From: Candidatus Xenobia bacterium
GTDB taxonomy: Bacteria > Vulcanimicrobiota > Xenobia > Xenobiales > QWHO01
Reading direction: 5' to 3'
DNA length: 48,163 bases
Assembly (NCBI GenBank): GCA_045863235.1
Contig: BTUM01000061.1
Span: 1 to 48,163, forward strand
Position numbers and translations under genes: made by a program. Within the stretch, counting starts at the first letter, position 1; each line of letters begins with the position of its first letter. The notes under the pieces were generated by a model. That model was not told where the DNA came from. It saw only the letters and a list, made by a program, of their open reading frames with translations, and ran no database searches. This document shows positions 36,025 through 45,953 of this stretch, in pieces.

Positions 36025-36704
36025 TTCTGTTTGACATCGACGGTACCCTGATGGCCAGCTCGGGTGTGGGCATGCGAGCTCTAGGCCGGGCCATGGGCGA
36101 GGTGACCGGCATCGATCTCTCCCTGCTGGACGTGCTCCCGGACGGTAAGACCGACCCCGCTATCGTGCGCGAGGCCTTCGAACTGGGCGGTCTGGCCCCG
36201 GAGAGCTGGCCCGAGGCCGAGCGAAAGCTCTTTGCGCTCTACCCGGACTACCTGGCCGAGGAGCTGGCCGGCCCCGACGCCCGGGTGCGCCTGATGCCGG
36301 GCGTGGTGGAACTGCTCGACCACCTGGCTGGGCACCGTGAGTTTCACCTGGGCCTTTTGACCGGCAACCTGGAGAGCACCGCCCGCCTCAAGCTCCACCG
36401 GGTGGGCTTGAGCCACTATTTCCCAATCGGAGGCTTTGGCTCGGACTGCCACCAGCGCGAGAACCTCGGTCGCTTTGCCCTGGAGCGGGCTCGAGCCCAC
36501 TACGGGGTCGACTATCCCCTCGAGCGGGTCTGGCTGGTGGGCGACACCGACCGCGACGTGCAGGCCGCCCGCGCCCTGTCAGCCCGGGTGCTGGCGGTCG
36601 CCACCGGTCGCTACACCCGGGCCCAGCTCGAAGAGCATCTGCCGGATGCCTGCCTGGAGAATCTGGGGGCCCTGGATGAGGTGCTGCAGGTGCTGGCTGG
36701 CTGA
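36015..36704 (+). CDS. HAD-superfamily hydrolase (phosphoglycolate phosphatase-like)
   Basis: LFDIDGTL, LLTGN, VGDTDRD motifs. Confidence 0.9.
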   Translation: MRLILFDIDGTLMASSGVGMRALGRAMGEVTGIDLSLLDVLPDGKTDPAIVREAFELGGLAPESWPEAERKLFALYPDYLAEELAGPDARVRLMPGVVELLDHLAGHREFHLGLLTGNLESTARLKLHRVGLSHYFPIGGFGSDCHQRENLGRFALERARAHYGVDYPLERVWLVGDTDRDVQAARALSARVLAVATGRYTRAQLEEHLPDACLENLGALDEVLQVLAG

Positions 36705-36756
36705 AGGCAAAGCTTCCTCTCCAACTACCGGTTAAACAGTCAAGGCGCGGAGTCTC

Positions 36757-37047
36757 ATGTACGTCGGTATCTGCCGCTTCGATCTCCATCTGGTGTCCGG
36801 GCCCCAATCGCTCAAGGAGAAGCGAGCCGTGGTGCGCAGGCTGCGCGATCGATTGCGCAACCTGCAGCTTTCGGCCGCCGAGGTGGACGCCCACGATCTG
36901 TGGCAACGGGCCGTGCTGGGGGTGGCCTGCGTGGGGGCCGACGCGGGGGTGGCTCGGGGCCAGTTGGAGGCGGCCGGCAAGCTGATCGCCTCGTTTCCCG
37001 AGGTGGAAGTGCTGGGGGAGGACCTGGAGGTGATGGCCTATCCCTGA
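36757..37047 (+). CDS. DUF503 (YlxP-like) protein
   Basis: MYVG...SLKEKRAVV...SAAEVDAHDLWQRAVLGVA signature. Confidence 0.9.
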   Translation: MYVGICRFDLHLVSGPQSLKEKRAVVRRLRDRLRNLQLSAAEVDAHDLWQRAVLGVACVGADAGVARGQLEAAGKLIASFPEVEVLGEDLEVMAYP

Positions 37048-37057
37048 GCATCTCTAC

Positions 37058-37954
37058 GTGGCCCCGCAGGGCCCAAAGGTGGACCTGGTGACCGCCCGCG
37101 AGGCGGTCATTTCCTGGCTGATGGCCCGTCGTCGCAAGGGCGGACTGCGAATGGAGGGCCATCCCGAGGCCCTCAAGCAGCTGGCCTGGTTGGGCCTGGA
37201 TTGGGAGGTCAGCCTGGGTCTGGATCGCCCGGCCGAGGAGCTCTGGTCCCGGTTGCAGGCTGAGCTGGGCGTGAGGCTGCGCGTGTTCGACCGGGGCCGA
37301 CCGGTGACACCGGGCCCGGAGAGCCTGGAGCTCGCACCCCTGGTGGGGGAGGTTCCCGACCTGGAGAGCCTGGGTCGTCAGGGGATCCTGGCCGAAGGCG
37401 TGCTCAGCTACCTGGCCGAGAGCGCCTGGAGTCCGCCTGGCGGCAAGTGTTTCTTCACCCGCCAGGAGCTCTTGCGCGAGTTCGACCCGGACGATCTGGT
37501 CAGCGAGCCGGTGGCCTTCGACCCCGAGGCCCTGCGCGAGCGCCATCTGAACTTTCTGTCCGAGCTGACCCCGGCCGAGCTGTGGGAGCGCTCGCTGCCT
37601 TTCTGGGAGAGCGGGCTCCTGCCGGACGAGCTGGATGAGCAGAGTGTGCTCGATCTGGAGGCGCTGGCTCTCTTGCTGGCCGACCAGTGCCAGTCTCTGC
37701 GAGATTTTCCCCGCCTGGCCCGCTTCTATTTCGCTTCTCCGGGAGGGCCGCCCGACCCCGAGCTGGCGGCCCGGATGGAGGCTGCCGACTGGGAGGGCGA
37801 TCCGCTGGCTGACCTCAGCCCCGAGCTGAGCGCTCGGCTCGACCGCCTGGTCCTGGGCCCCTCGGCCCAGGGGACAGCCGAAATCTACCTCATCCTGGGT
37901 CGCGAGAAGGTGCTCGACCGGCTCAGCGGACGGCCGAGTCGAGCAGAATCGTGA
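37058..37954 (+). CDS. Degenerate glutamyl-tRNA synthetase-like protein lacking HIGH/KMSKS
   Basis: [56 protein letters not shown] align in order with GltX from this window. Confidence 0.75.
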   Translation: MAPQGPKVDLVTAREAVISWLMARRRKGGLRMEGHPEALKQLAWLGLDWEVSLGLDRPAEELWSRLQAELGVRLRVFDRGRPVTPGPESLELAPLVGEVPDLESLGRQGILAEGVLSYLAESAWSPPGGKCFFTRQELLREFDPDDLVSEPVAFDPEALRERHLNFLSELTPAELWERSLPFWESGLLPDELDEQSVLDLEALALLLADQCQSLRDFPRLARFYFASPGGPPDPELAARMEAADWEGDPLADLSPELSARLDRLVLGPSAQGTAEIYLILGREKVLDRLSGRPSRAES

Positions 37955-38369
37955 CCGGACCGTCGTTGATCAGCGAAACGTCCATGTGGGCCTGGAAGAC
38001 TCCCTGCTCGACGTGCTCGACCCGCTCCTTGAGCAGGCTGACGAAGTCCTTGTAGAGCCGGTCGGCCTGCTCGGGCGGAGCGGCCTCGGTGAAGCTGGGG
38101 CGGCGTCCGCGCCGACAGTCGCCATACAGCGTGAACTGCGAGACGGCCAGCACCCCTCCCCCGACGTCCAGCACGGACAGGTTCATCTTGCCTTCCTCGT
38201 CTTCGAAGATGCGCAGGTTGACGACCTTGTCGGCCATCCACTTGAGCTCGGCCGGCCCGTCCGAGCCGTGGATGCCGCACAGCAAGAGGAGTCCGGTTCC
38301 GATCGCCCCGGCAGTCTCGCCTTCCACCACCACGGCGGCCGAGCTGACTCTCTGCACCACGACTCTCAT
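37923..38369 (-). CDS. dtd: D-aminoacyl-tRNA deacylase
   Basis: [28 protein letters not shown] overlaps the relA stop. Confidence 0.97.
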   Translation of the reverse strand: MRVVVQRVSSAAVVVEGETAGAIGTGLLLLCGIHGSDGPAELKWMADKVVNLRIFEDEEGKMNLSVLDVGGGVLAVSQFTLYGDCRRGRRPSFTEAAPPEQADRLYKDFVSLLKERVEHVEQGVFQAHMDVSLINDGPVTILLDSAVR

Positions 38370-40654
38370 TCGCGGCAGCTGGAGGAGTGCGTGCTGCGCT
38401 CGACGCTGAGTACGTCCTTTACTTTGCGCATCTTGCGCAGCAGCTCTTCGAGCTGCTTTTTGTGCTGGATGTCGAGCGAGAGCTTGATGACGGCGCGGTC
38501 TTTCTTGGCCCAGGCCTTGCACGAGCGGGCCGCCACCTTGTTCTCGTTGATGACCCCCATCAGGTCCGACAGCAGGCCGGCCCGGTCCCAGGCGTCCACC
38601 TCCACCTCCACCTGGTAGATGGGCTCATCGGAAGGGGTGTCCCAGTCGACCTCGATGATCCGCTCGGATGATTTCTCGGTCAGGCTCAAGAAGTTGGGGC
38701 AGTCACGCCGGTGCACCGAGACGCCCTTGCCCAGGGTGATGTAGCCCACCACCTGATCGCCCGGAACGGGGGCGCAGCAGCGGCTGAATTTGACCAGGAT
38801 GTTGTCGATGCCGCGCACCCTGATGGCCTGGCCCTGGCGCTTGCGGCGCGAGGGCCGGCGCGGCGAGGTGGGCAGGATCTCGTTGGAGATCTCCTTGGGC
38901 AGCTCGTCGCGTAATCGTCCCAAGATTTGCGGCAGCGTCGTCTCGCCGTAACCGAGCGAGGCCACCAGGTCCTCGTGGTGGACGAAGTTCAGCCGTTCCG
39001 CTACCCGCTGCATCAAGGCGTTGTCGCCCAGCACATGGTCGAGCCGGTTGCGCGCCAGCTCGCGGCGCAGCATGTCACGTCCCCGCAACACGTTCTCCTC
39101 GCGCCGCTCCTTCTTGAACCAGGCTCGAATCTTGTTGCGGGCCTGGTTGCTCTTGCAGATGCGCAACCAGTCCAGCGAGGGGGTGCCGGTCTTGGAGGTG
39201 AGGATCTCCAGGATGTCGGCGTTCTGCAGTCGGTAGTCGAGCGACACCATGCGCCCGTTGGCGCGTGCGCCCACGCAGGCGTGACCCACCTCGGTGTGGA
39301 TCCGGTAGGCGAAGTCGATCGGGGTGGACCCGGCCGGCAGGTCGATGACGTCGCCACGCGGCGTGAACACGAAGACCTCGTTGCTCAAGAGATCGAGCTT
39401 GAGGTTCTCGATGTATTCCTTGGCGTCGCGCGAGTTGGCCTGCCAGTCGAGGATGGCCCGGATCCAGGGGTAGATCTCGCGGAAGAGCACCATGTCCTTG
39501 CCGCCCTGTCCGCCTTCCTTGTAAGCCCAGTGGGCGGCGATACCGAAGTCGTTGACGCGGTGCATCTCCTGGGTGCGGATCTGGATCTCCACCGGGTGGT
39601 TGCCGGGTCCATAGATGGTGGTGTGCAGCGAGCGATAGTTGTTGGACTTGGGCACCGCAATGTAGTCCTTGATGCGGTCTTTGACGGGAATCCAGAGCGA
39701 GTGCACCACGCCCAGCACGCCGTAGCACTCCTCCACCGACTCCACGATGATGCGCAGGGCTACCAGGTCGTAGATCTCGCTCAGCTCGTGGCCGGTGCGC
39801 TGCATCTTGGTGTAGATGCTGTAGAGGTGCTTGGGGCGCCACTCCACCGTTCCCTTGACGCCCAGCTTGTCGAGCTTCTCGCGGATGGCGTCGATGGTCT
39901 GCCTGATGGCTTCCTCGCGCTCGTGGCGCACTTCGTCAACCTCGGCCCGCAGCTCCTCGAACTCGGTGGGCCAGAGATAGCGGAAGCAGAGGTCCTCCAA
40001 CTCGCTCTTGACGGCCCAGACGCCCAGGCGCGAGGCGATGGGGGCAAAGATCTCCAGGGTTTCCTGGGCGATGGAGCGCTGCTTCTCGGGCCGCAGCGAG
40101 CCCAGAGTGCGCAGATTGTGGAGCCGGTCGGCCAGCTTGATCAAAATGACCCGCAGGTCGCGGGCCATCGCCAGGAAAATCTTGCGCAGGTTCTCGGCTT
40201 TTTGCACCTGCTTGGAGCGAGGAGTGGGCGCTTCTCGGCCCTGGCGCGAGCTGATGGCGGTCAGCTTGGTGACCCCATCGACCAGCATCATCACCTCGTC
40301 GCCAAAACGCTCCGAGAGCGCGGCCAGCTCCAGGCCCGTGTCCTCGACCGTGTCGTGCAGCAGGGCGGCCGCGATGGTGGGGGCGTCCATCCGGTAGCCG
40401 GCCAGCAGCCGGGCCACTTCGATGGGGTGCAGGATATAGGGCTCGCCCGAAGCCCTCTTCTGGTTGCGGTGCAACTCCTCGGCCAGGTGGTAGGCCCGCA
40501 CCACCAGCTCGAGGTGCATCGGGGGCATGTAGGGCCGCAGCTCGCTCAAGAGCCTCTGGAACAGCTGGTCGGCTTCGGACAATGCCACGCTCACAGGGGC
40601 TGCCAAAGCCCCATTGTCTCCCCCCAGAGCAGGCGCGGCATCTTTTTTAATCAT
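38366..40654 (-). CDS. relA: Bifunctional (p)ppGpp synthetase/hydrolase (long RSH)
   Basis: [58 protein letters not shown] motif and ACT domain. Exact start uncertain. Confidence 0.97.
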   Translation of the reverse strand: MIKKDAAPALGGDNGALAAPVSVALSEADQLFQRLLSELRPYMPPMHLELVVRAYHLAEELHRNQKRASGEPYILHPIEVARLLAGYRMDAPTIAAALLHDTVEDTGLELAALSERFGDEVMMLVDGVTKLTAISSRQGREAPTPRSKQVQKAENLRKIFLAMARDLRVILIKLADRLHNLRTLGSLRPEKQRSIAQETLEIFAPIASRLGVWAVKSELEDLCFRYLWPTEFEELRAEVDEVRHEREEAIRQTIDAIREKLDKLGVKGTVEWRPKHLYSIYTKMQRTGHELSEIYDLVALRIIVESVEECYGVLGVVHSLWIPVKDRIKDYIAVPKSNNYRSLHTTIYGPGNHPVEIQIRTQEMHRVNDFGIAAHWAYKEGGQGGKDMVLFREIYPWIRAILDWQANSRDAKEYIENLKLDLLSNEVFVFTPRGDVIDLPAGSTPIDFAYRIHTEVGHACVGARANGRMVSLDYRLQNADILEILTSKTGTPSLDWLRICKSNQARNKIRAWFKKERREENVLRGRDMLRRELARNRLDHVLGDNALMQRVAERLNFVHHEDLVASLGYGETTLPQILGRLRDELPKEISNEILPTSPRRPSRRKRQGQAIRVRGIDNILVKFSRCCAPVPGDQVVGYITLGKGVSVHRRDCPNFLSLTEKSSERIIEVDWDTPSDEPIYQVEVEVDAWDRAGLLSDLMGVINENKVAARSCKAWAKKDRAVIKLSLDIQHKKQLEELLRKMRKVKDVLSVERSTHSSSCRE

Positions 40655-40699
40655 CGTACTTCCTGGCCGGGGCCATTATAGCACAGCCGACAAAGGATC

Positions 40700-42115
40700 C
40701 TACTTGGTGCGTCGCAGTTCCTCCTTCAAGGCTTCCACCTGTCCCAGGGCTTCCCGGTGCTCGCGAGTCAATTCCGCGTGACGCACCTGCAGCTTCTCCA
40801 GTCTCTCTTCGTGACTCTTTCGCAGGGCCGGTTTCTTGATGGAGTCGATCGTCTTCTGCACTCTGGCCAGCTCCTTGTCGGCGGAGGCCAGCTCGGAGGC
40901 CAGTCGAGCCGCCTGGTCGGTTGTCTCCTCCAGCTTGAGCACCAGGACGCGTCGCTGCTCGGCCACCTGCTGGCCGTGCCGATGGGCGAGCAGCCCCACC
41001 CCTCCCACCACGGTCAAGACCAGCAAGATCAGAACGACCAGAAGGGGGTTGACTGACCCGGGCCGGGGCGGGGGAGGAGCTTCGGGTCGCTCCACCACGT
41101 AGGTGTCCTCCAGATACTCGGCGGGAGGGGGTCGGCTGGGCGTGGGTGTTTCGTACTCCGCGTCCGCACCTTCGAGCAACTCGGAGTGGAAGCCCTCGGG
41201 AGCGATCTCGACGGCCCGGGCCATGAAGCCCATATCGCCGTTCTGGATCTTGCCGCGCACCGCCCGCGATAGGCTCCGCAGCAGCAGAGCCACTTCTTTG
41301 CGGCCCTGCTGCTCGAGCATTCCCCCCGGCTGAGCCTTGGAAAGCCACTCCAGCATTGGGAGGATCTCGTTTTCCAGGGCTCGGTTGATGGACTCCAGAT
41401 TGCGTTCGGCCAGATCGCTGGCTCGAAATGCGCTGGGGAAGCCATCGCGCAATTTGTTGCAGGCGTGCTGCAGGCGGGTCAGCTCCAGGGAGAGGAGGTC
41501 CTCCTCCAACTCGTCGCGGCGTTTCTGCGGCAGGCCCGCTCGCCGGAAGATGTCGAGCACCAGGCGCACGTCCTCGGGCGAGTTGCGCGACGCCTGCTGG
41601 TGAGCCAGGGTCACCAGGTCCTCGACGATGCGCTCGCGCAGGTCGGCGCAGACGGGGTCGTCCAGGGTGCGCAGCACCAGGCGGTTACAAGACTCCAGGG
41701 CCCGGGTCCAGTAGGCCCAGACGGGAGTGGTTCCCTGGCTGGTGGAGAGGGCCCGGCTGTGATAGAGCACAGTCAGATTTTGCAGGGCGCCCTCGTCCCC
41801 CTCTTCGGCTGCGGTCTTCCAGAGCTCGGCCCCACCCTCCCAGTAACCGTCCTCGATGGCCTTGAAGGCTCGCTGATCGACCAGGGTCTGCTTGCGAAAC
41901 CAGGTGCGATAGTGCTGCAGCAGCTCCTGGCTGTTCTGCAGAGCCTGCATGGCTTGCGTGATGGCAGGGGCCGAGCGGTCTGGCTCGGCCAGCCAGCTGA
42001 CCTTCCAGAGGGGAGGGAGGTGGCGCGGGTCCATTGCGCTCGGCAGCAATGCCGACTCGGTCTCGGCCGCCAGGCCCAGCACTCGGAACGCATTCTGGGT
42101 GTACGGGTCGTACAC
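40700..42115 (-). CDS. Hypothetical membrane-anchored protein: helical N-domain, Pro-rich linker, one TM helix, C-terminal coiled coil
   Basis: NAFRVLGL start resembles J-domain helix I but there is no HPD; TM LLVVLILLVLTVVGGVGLL; heptad-rich tail. Confidence 0.75.
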   Translation of the reverse strand: MYDPYTQNAFRVLGLAAETESALLPSAMDPRHLPPLWKVSWLAEPDRSAPAITQAMQALQNSQELLQHYRTWFRKQTLVDQRAFKAIEDGYWEGGAELWKTAAEEGDEGALQNLTVLYHSRALSTSQGTTPVWAYWTRALESCNRLVLRTLDDPVCADLRERIVEDLVTLAHQQASRNSPEDVRLVLDIFRRAGLPQKRRDELEEDLLSLELTRLQHACNKLRDGFPSAFRASDLAERNLESINRALENEILPMLEWLSKAQPGGMLEQQGRKEVALLLRSLSRAVRGKIQNGDMGFMARAVEIAPEGFHSELLEGADAEYETPTPSRPPPAEYLEDTYVVERPEAPPPPRPGSVNPLLVVLILLVLTVVGGVGLLAHRHGQQVAEQRRVLVLKLEETTDQAARLASELASADKELARVQKTIDSIKKPALRKSHEERLEKLQVRHAELTREHREALGQVEALKEELRRTK

Positions 42116-42128
42116 TCGAGCCCCCAGT

Positions 42129-44558
42129 TCAGCTGACTTGGAAGAGTCGCGTGCGGCTCAGCCTGCCTCCGGCAAAGACCCGGCGCAAACGCTGGAATTC
42201 TTGCCCCCGACGGCTGAGTTCTCGGTAGCGGCTCGAATCTTCGAGCTTTTGCCCCGAGCCGCTGCCCAGGCGCAAGGTTCGCCCCTGAGAGGGATCTGCC
42301 TCCCAGAAGACGACTCCCAGTTCCTCCAGCACCTCCAGGGCCGCCTGGACCGTCTCGGGCCGGCGGGCCTGAGGGGGGAGAAAGCGGGACAGCTCGGGCA
42401 GACGAGCTTCGGGCAGGGGCTGGGGGCGAAGCACCTGCACCAGGGCCCGGTAGATCGCCTCCATGCGCACCCGGTCGAGCCATAGAGCATCGTGCCTGCG
42501 CGCTTCGCGCTCGAGCTCTTTCTCGCCGAAGAGAATGTGCAGGCGCTCGGCTTGCAGCAGCACCGGGTGGGCAAACAGCCCTCCGTCGGCGGGGGGGCCG
42601 AGCAGCACCACGTCCCGGGCCAGGGCCGACTCGGGCAGGCAGTGCTGGGCGTAGACCAGCTCGTGGGAGAGGTAGTTGCGGGTGGCCTCGACCTGCTCCT
42701 CGCCGGCCACCAGCAAGAGCACTCCTTCGCCACCCGCCTCGAGCAGGCGAGCGATGTAGGTCTTGCGGTCGAGCACGCTGCGCAGGTCAAAGATCTCCGG
42801 GGTCTGGTCGGGAGCGCTCGGCTGCCAGCGTCGCTCCAGCACCGCCACCACGCGTGGATCGGGCGAGAGGATGGACTCCACCACCAGGCTGGGACGGGCC
42901 CCTCCCTGCCAGTTGTCCTCTTCCAGGTGGTAGAGCAGGTCGTAAGCCAGAGCGCCCGGCTTCAGCTCGCTCAGCAGCTCGGCCTGGCGAAAGCCGATGG
43001 CCTTGACCCGCACGTCGCCCTGACAGGCGTGCCAGCGCAGGTGATCCTTGCTCTTGCCGATAGCCTGCAGCTCGTCCAGCCGCACCCGATGGCTCAGGAA
43101 GAGGGGGCGCGGGTTGGCTTCCCCAATGGGCTCGAGCCTGGTCAGCTCGCGGGCCAGGCTCAGGTTGGCGCTGGCCAGGGGCAGCTCGAGGTCGACCCGC
43201 ACCGGCACCACCACGTCCTGGCGCAGCTCGCGCACGGCCACGTCGAGCCGCTCGCGCAGCTCGTCCACGCGGTCGGCCGGCAGGGTGAAGCCGCCCGCCC
43301 GGGCGTGTCCCCCGAACTTCTCGAACAGGTCGGCGCAGGCGGTCATGGCCGCGAACAGGTCCACCGTCTCGGGGGAGCGGGCCGATCCTTTGGCGGTATC
43401 ACCCTGGATACTCAGAACGAAGGCCGGTCGGGCGTGCGCTTCCACCAATCGGGCGGCGGTGATTCCAACCACGCCAGGGTTCCAGCCCTCTCCGGCCTCC
43501 ACAATCACCGATTTCTCGAGCTTCTCGGGATGCTCGGCCAGGTGCGCCTCGATGCTCTCTCGGATCTCGCGCTCGACGTCCTGGCGCTTTTTGTTCAGCT
43601 CGTCGAGCAGGCGGGCCCGCTCGCGGCAGAACTTCGCATCGCGCGACAGCATGAGCTCCAGGGCCAGGGTGGCGTTCTCCAGCCGCCCGGCCGCGTTGAT
43701 GCGAGGGGCCAGCGAGAAGGCCACCGTCCAGGAGCCGACTTGCTCTTGCTCGGCCACGCCGGCCACCTCGGCCAGAGCCCGAAAGCCGGGCCGGTCCCAC
43801 TGGCCCAGGCGGGCCAGACCCACCCGCGTCAGGGCGCGGTTCTCGTCGAGCAGGGGCACCACGTCGGCGATGGTGGCCACGGCCACCAGGTCCAGGAAGC
43901 TGATCGGCTCGGGCCAGCCCGAGCGCCGGTGCAGCGCCTGGAGAATCTTGTAGGCGACGCCGGTGCCGCACAGGCCTTTGAAGGGGTAACCGCAGTCGGG
44001 CAACTGGGGGTTGAGGAAGGCTTCCGGCCGGGGCAGCACCTCGGGCAGGCGGTGGTGGTCGCTGATGATGACCTGCATGCCCAGCTCGTGGGCCCGCTCG
44101 ATGGCCCGGTGGCTGCTCGAGCCGCAGTCGGCCGAGAGGAGCAATTTCGCTCCGGCGGCGGCGGCCCGCTCGACGGCTGCCACGGAGACGCCGTAGCCTT
44201 CGGTGGTGCGGTCGGGCACGTGGGGTTGGACGGTGAAGCCCAGATCGGTCAGCCCCTCGGTCAAAAGCGTGGTGGCGCAGACTCCGTCGACATCGTAGTC
44301 GCCGTGCACCAGCACCGGATGGCCGGCCTGGCGGGCGGCCAGGAGCAGCTCCACGGCCGGCTCCATGTCGCGCATCAGGAAAGGGTCGTGAAAGAGCGAC
44401 TCATCGGCTTCGAGAAAGCGGCGAGCCTGCTCGGGCTCTTGTTGACCGCGCTGCACCAGCAAGGTGGCCAGCACCTCGGAGACACCGAGGCTTTTGGCCA
44501 GATTTTCCACCTGGCCGGGTTCGGCCTCTCCCAGGACCAGCCGCTCGGGTGAGAGCAT
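42129..44558 (-). CDS. recJ: Single-stranded-DNA exonuclease RecJ with C-terminal extension
   Basis: HGDYDVDG, DCG, SDHH, TIADVVPL, PRINAAGR, KGSARS, FGGH; GGAG RBS before ATG 44558. Confidence 0.96.
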   Translation of the reverse strand: MLSPERLVLGEAEPGQVENLAKSLGVSEVLATLLVQRGQQEPEQARRFLEADESLFHDPFLMRDMEPAVELLLAARQAGHPVLVHGDYDVDGVCATTLLTEGLTDLGFTVQPHVPDRTTEGYGVSVAAVERAAAAGAKLLLSADCGSSSHRAIERAHELGMQVIISDHHRLPEVLPRPEAFLNPQLPDCGYPFKGLCGTGVAYKILQALHRRSGWPEPISFLDLVAVATIADVVPLLDENRALTRVGLARLGQWDRPGFRALAEVAGVAEQEQVGSWTVAFSLAPRINAAGRLENATLALELMLSRDAKFCRERARLLDELNKKRQDVEREIRESIEAHLAEHPEKLEKSVIVEAGEGWNPGVVGITAARLVEAHARPAFVLSIQGDTAKGSARSPETVDLFAAMTACADLFEKFGGHARAGGFTLPADRVDELRERLDVAVRELRQDVVVPVRVDLELPLASANLSLARELTRLEPIGEANPRPLFLSHRVRLDELQAIGKSKDHLRWHACQGDVRVKAIGFRQAELLSELKPGALAYDLLYHLEEDNWQGGARPSLVVESILSPDPRVVAVLERRWQPSAPDQTPEIFDLRSVLDRKTYIARLLEAGGEGVLLLVAGEEQVEATRNYLSHELVYAQHCLPESALARDVVLLGPPADGGLFAHPVLLQAERLHILFGEKELEREARRHDALWLDRVRMEAIYRALVQVLRPQPLPEARLPELSRFLPPQARRPETVQAALEVLEELGVVFWEADPSQGRTLRLGSGSGQKLEDSSRYRELSRRGQEFQRLRRVFAGGRLSRTRLFQVS

Positions 44559-44777
44559 GGTGCGAACTCCAGTCGTATAAGCTTCAGAGCGCGGCGGCAA
44601 ACTGTTGTTCGGGCTTGATGCGGCGCGGTTGAGCTTCGGCCGGACTTGAAGAAAATCCTTCACGGGCTCGTTCATCTTTTGTCCAGATCGCGGCAACGAA
44701 GACGCAACACTCTCCTTACGAACCGTTTACATGCGGCCCTTAAGCTGAAGGGAGACCGAAGTGGAGGAACGAGTGAC

Positions 44778-45098
44778 ATGCCAGAGTTTGCCGTCATCAT
44801 CACCGAGAGCGGGGGCGAGTTCGCCGCCAACTGCCCCGACATCCCCAGCTGCTGGGGATTTGGCTACTGTCCCGACGAGGCGCTCGAGAACCTGAGAGCG
44901 GCCGTGCGCGCGCACCTCAAGGAGCGCATCCAGCAAAGCCTGCCGGTGCCGGTCAGTTCGGTGGAAGTGGGCTATTTGGAGGTGGGGAAGGTGCGCGGCT
45001 ACGCGCGCAGCGCCAAGAGCGTGAGTCGCCCCCTGCTGCAATCGGCCGAGAATCGAGTGCTGTCGGCTGTGTTCGGGGTGGAGCCGAGCCGGAACTGA
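44778..45098 (+). CDS. HicB-like antitoxin-fold protein
   Basis: FAANCPDIPSCWGFGYCPDEALENLRAAV matches the HicB N-domain; GGAGG RBS. Confidence 0.75.
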   Translation: MPEFAVIITESGGEFAANCPDIPSCWGFGYCPDEALENLRAAVRAHLKERIQQSLPVPVSSVEVGYLEVGKVRGYARSAKSVSRPLLQSAENRVLSAVFGVEPSRN

Positions 45099-45140
45099 GC
45101 CTGCCAGGGAAGGCTCCAAAACCTGAAGAATGGAGAGATC

Positions 45141-45713
45141 ATGTCGCTTGAGGCAGAAGACTTGTCGACCGCTCCTGTCGTCGCTGATAAGATCTGGACT
45201 TACGAAGACTACTGCGAGCTTCCCGAGGATGGCAATCGCTACGAGATCCTCGATGGGAGGCTCTACGTGACGCCGGCCCCGCGAACCTTTCACGAGATTT
45301 TGACCGTGCGCCTGGTGGCCGCCTTACTGGCCTCGGGGCAGATCGTCCTGACCGCGCCGGTGGACCTGATGCTGGTCGGGGCCACACCCGTGCAGCCCGA
45401 TCTGGTCTTCCTGACTCGAGAGCAGGCCCACCAGATCGAGGAGCGCTACATCACCGGGGCCCCCACCCTGGTGGTGGAGATCCTGTCCCCGTCAACGGCC
45501 GCTCGCGACCGGACTTTGAAGCTCAACAAGTACGCCCAGAACCAGATTCCCTGGTACTGGCTGGTCGATCCCGAGGAGAAGAGCCTGCAGGTCCTGCGCC
45601 TCGAGGGCGGGAGCTACCGGGTGGAAGCCAGCCTGGGCGCGGGAGAGCGCTTTGTCTGGTCGGCCTTCCCGCAGGTGGTGCTGGAGCTGGATACGCTCTT
45701 CGGCCCGATCTGA
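45141..45713 (+). CDS. Uma2 family putative endonuclease
   Basis: TYEDY...RYEILDG, H, VQPDL, LVVEILSPST, K...Y, YWLVDP. Confidence 0.92.
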   Translation: MSLEAEDLSTAPVVADKIWTYEDYCELPEDGNRYEILDGRLYVTPAPRTFHEILTVRLVAALLASGQIVLTAPVDLMLVGATPVQPDLVFLTREQAHQIEERYITGAPTLVVEILSPSTAARDRTLKLNKYAQNQIPWYWLVDPEEKSLQVLRLEGGSYRVEASLGAGERFVWSAFPQVVLELDTLFGPI

Positions 45714-45953
45714 CGTTTCCTGCGTCATGATCTGGGGTGAGCTCAGAGCTCAGCCCGTTGCCGGTGGACCGTGGACGTGAGCTGCTCCGGTGAGAATAGG
45801 TCAGGTCCGCTTGCGCGGGACACTGTTGGCGGGCGACGGAACTGGACAGCAACAACTGACCTTCGCGCCCGTCACCTCCGACCTCCTGACGATTCAAGAT
45901 TGGCAGGTCAATGTCGGTGGCAGACAGCTGAGCCGAAGAGAGCAAGATATTGG

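Noticed and set aside
38927..44552. Long plus-strand ORFs 38927..40681 and 42492..44552
   Set aside because: Antisense shadows of relA and recJ with no domain motifs.
44778..45713. Anti-phage defence island (HicB + Uma2)
   Set aside because: Both families are common as scattered solo genes and no recognisable defence system is adjacent.
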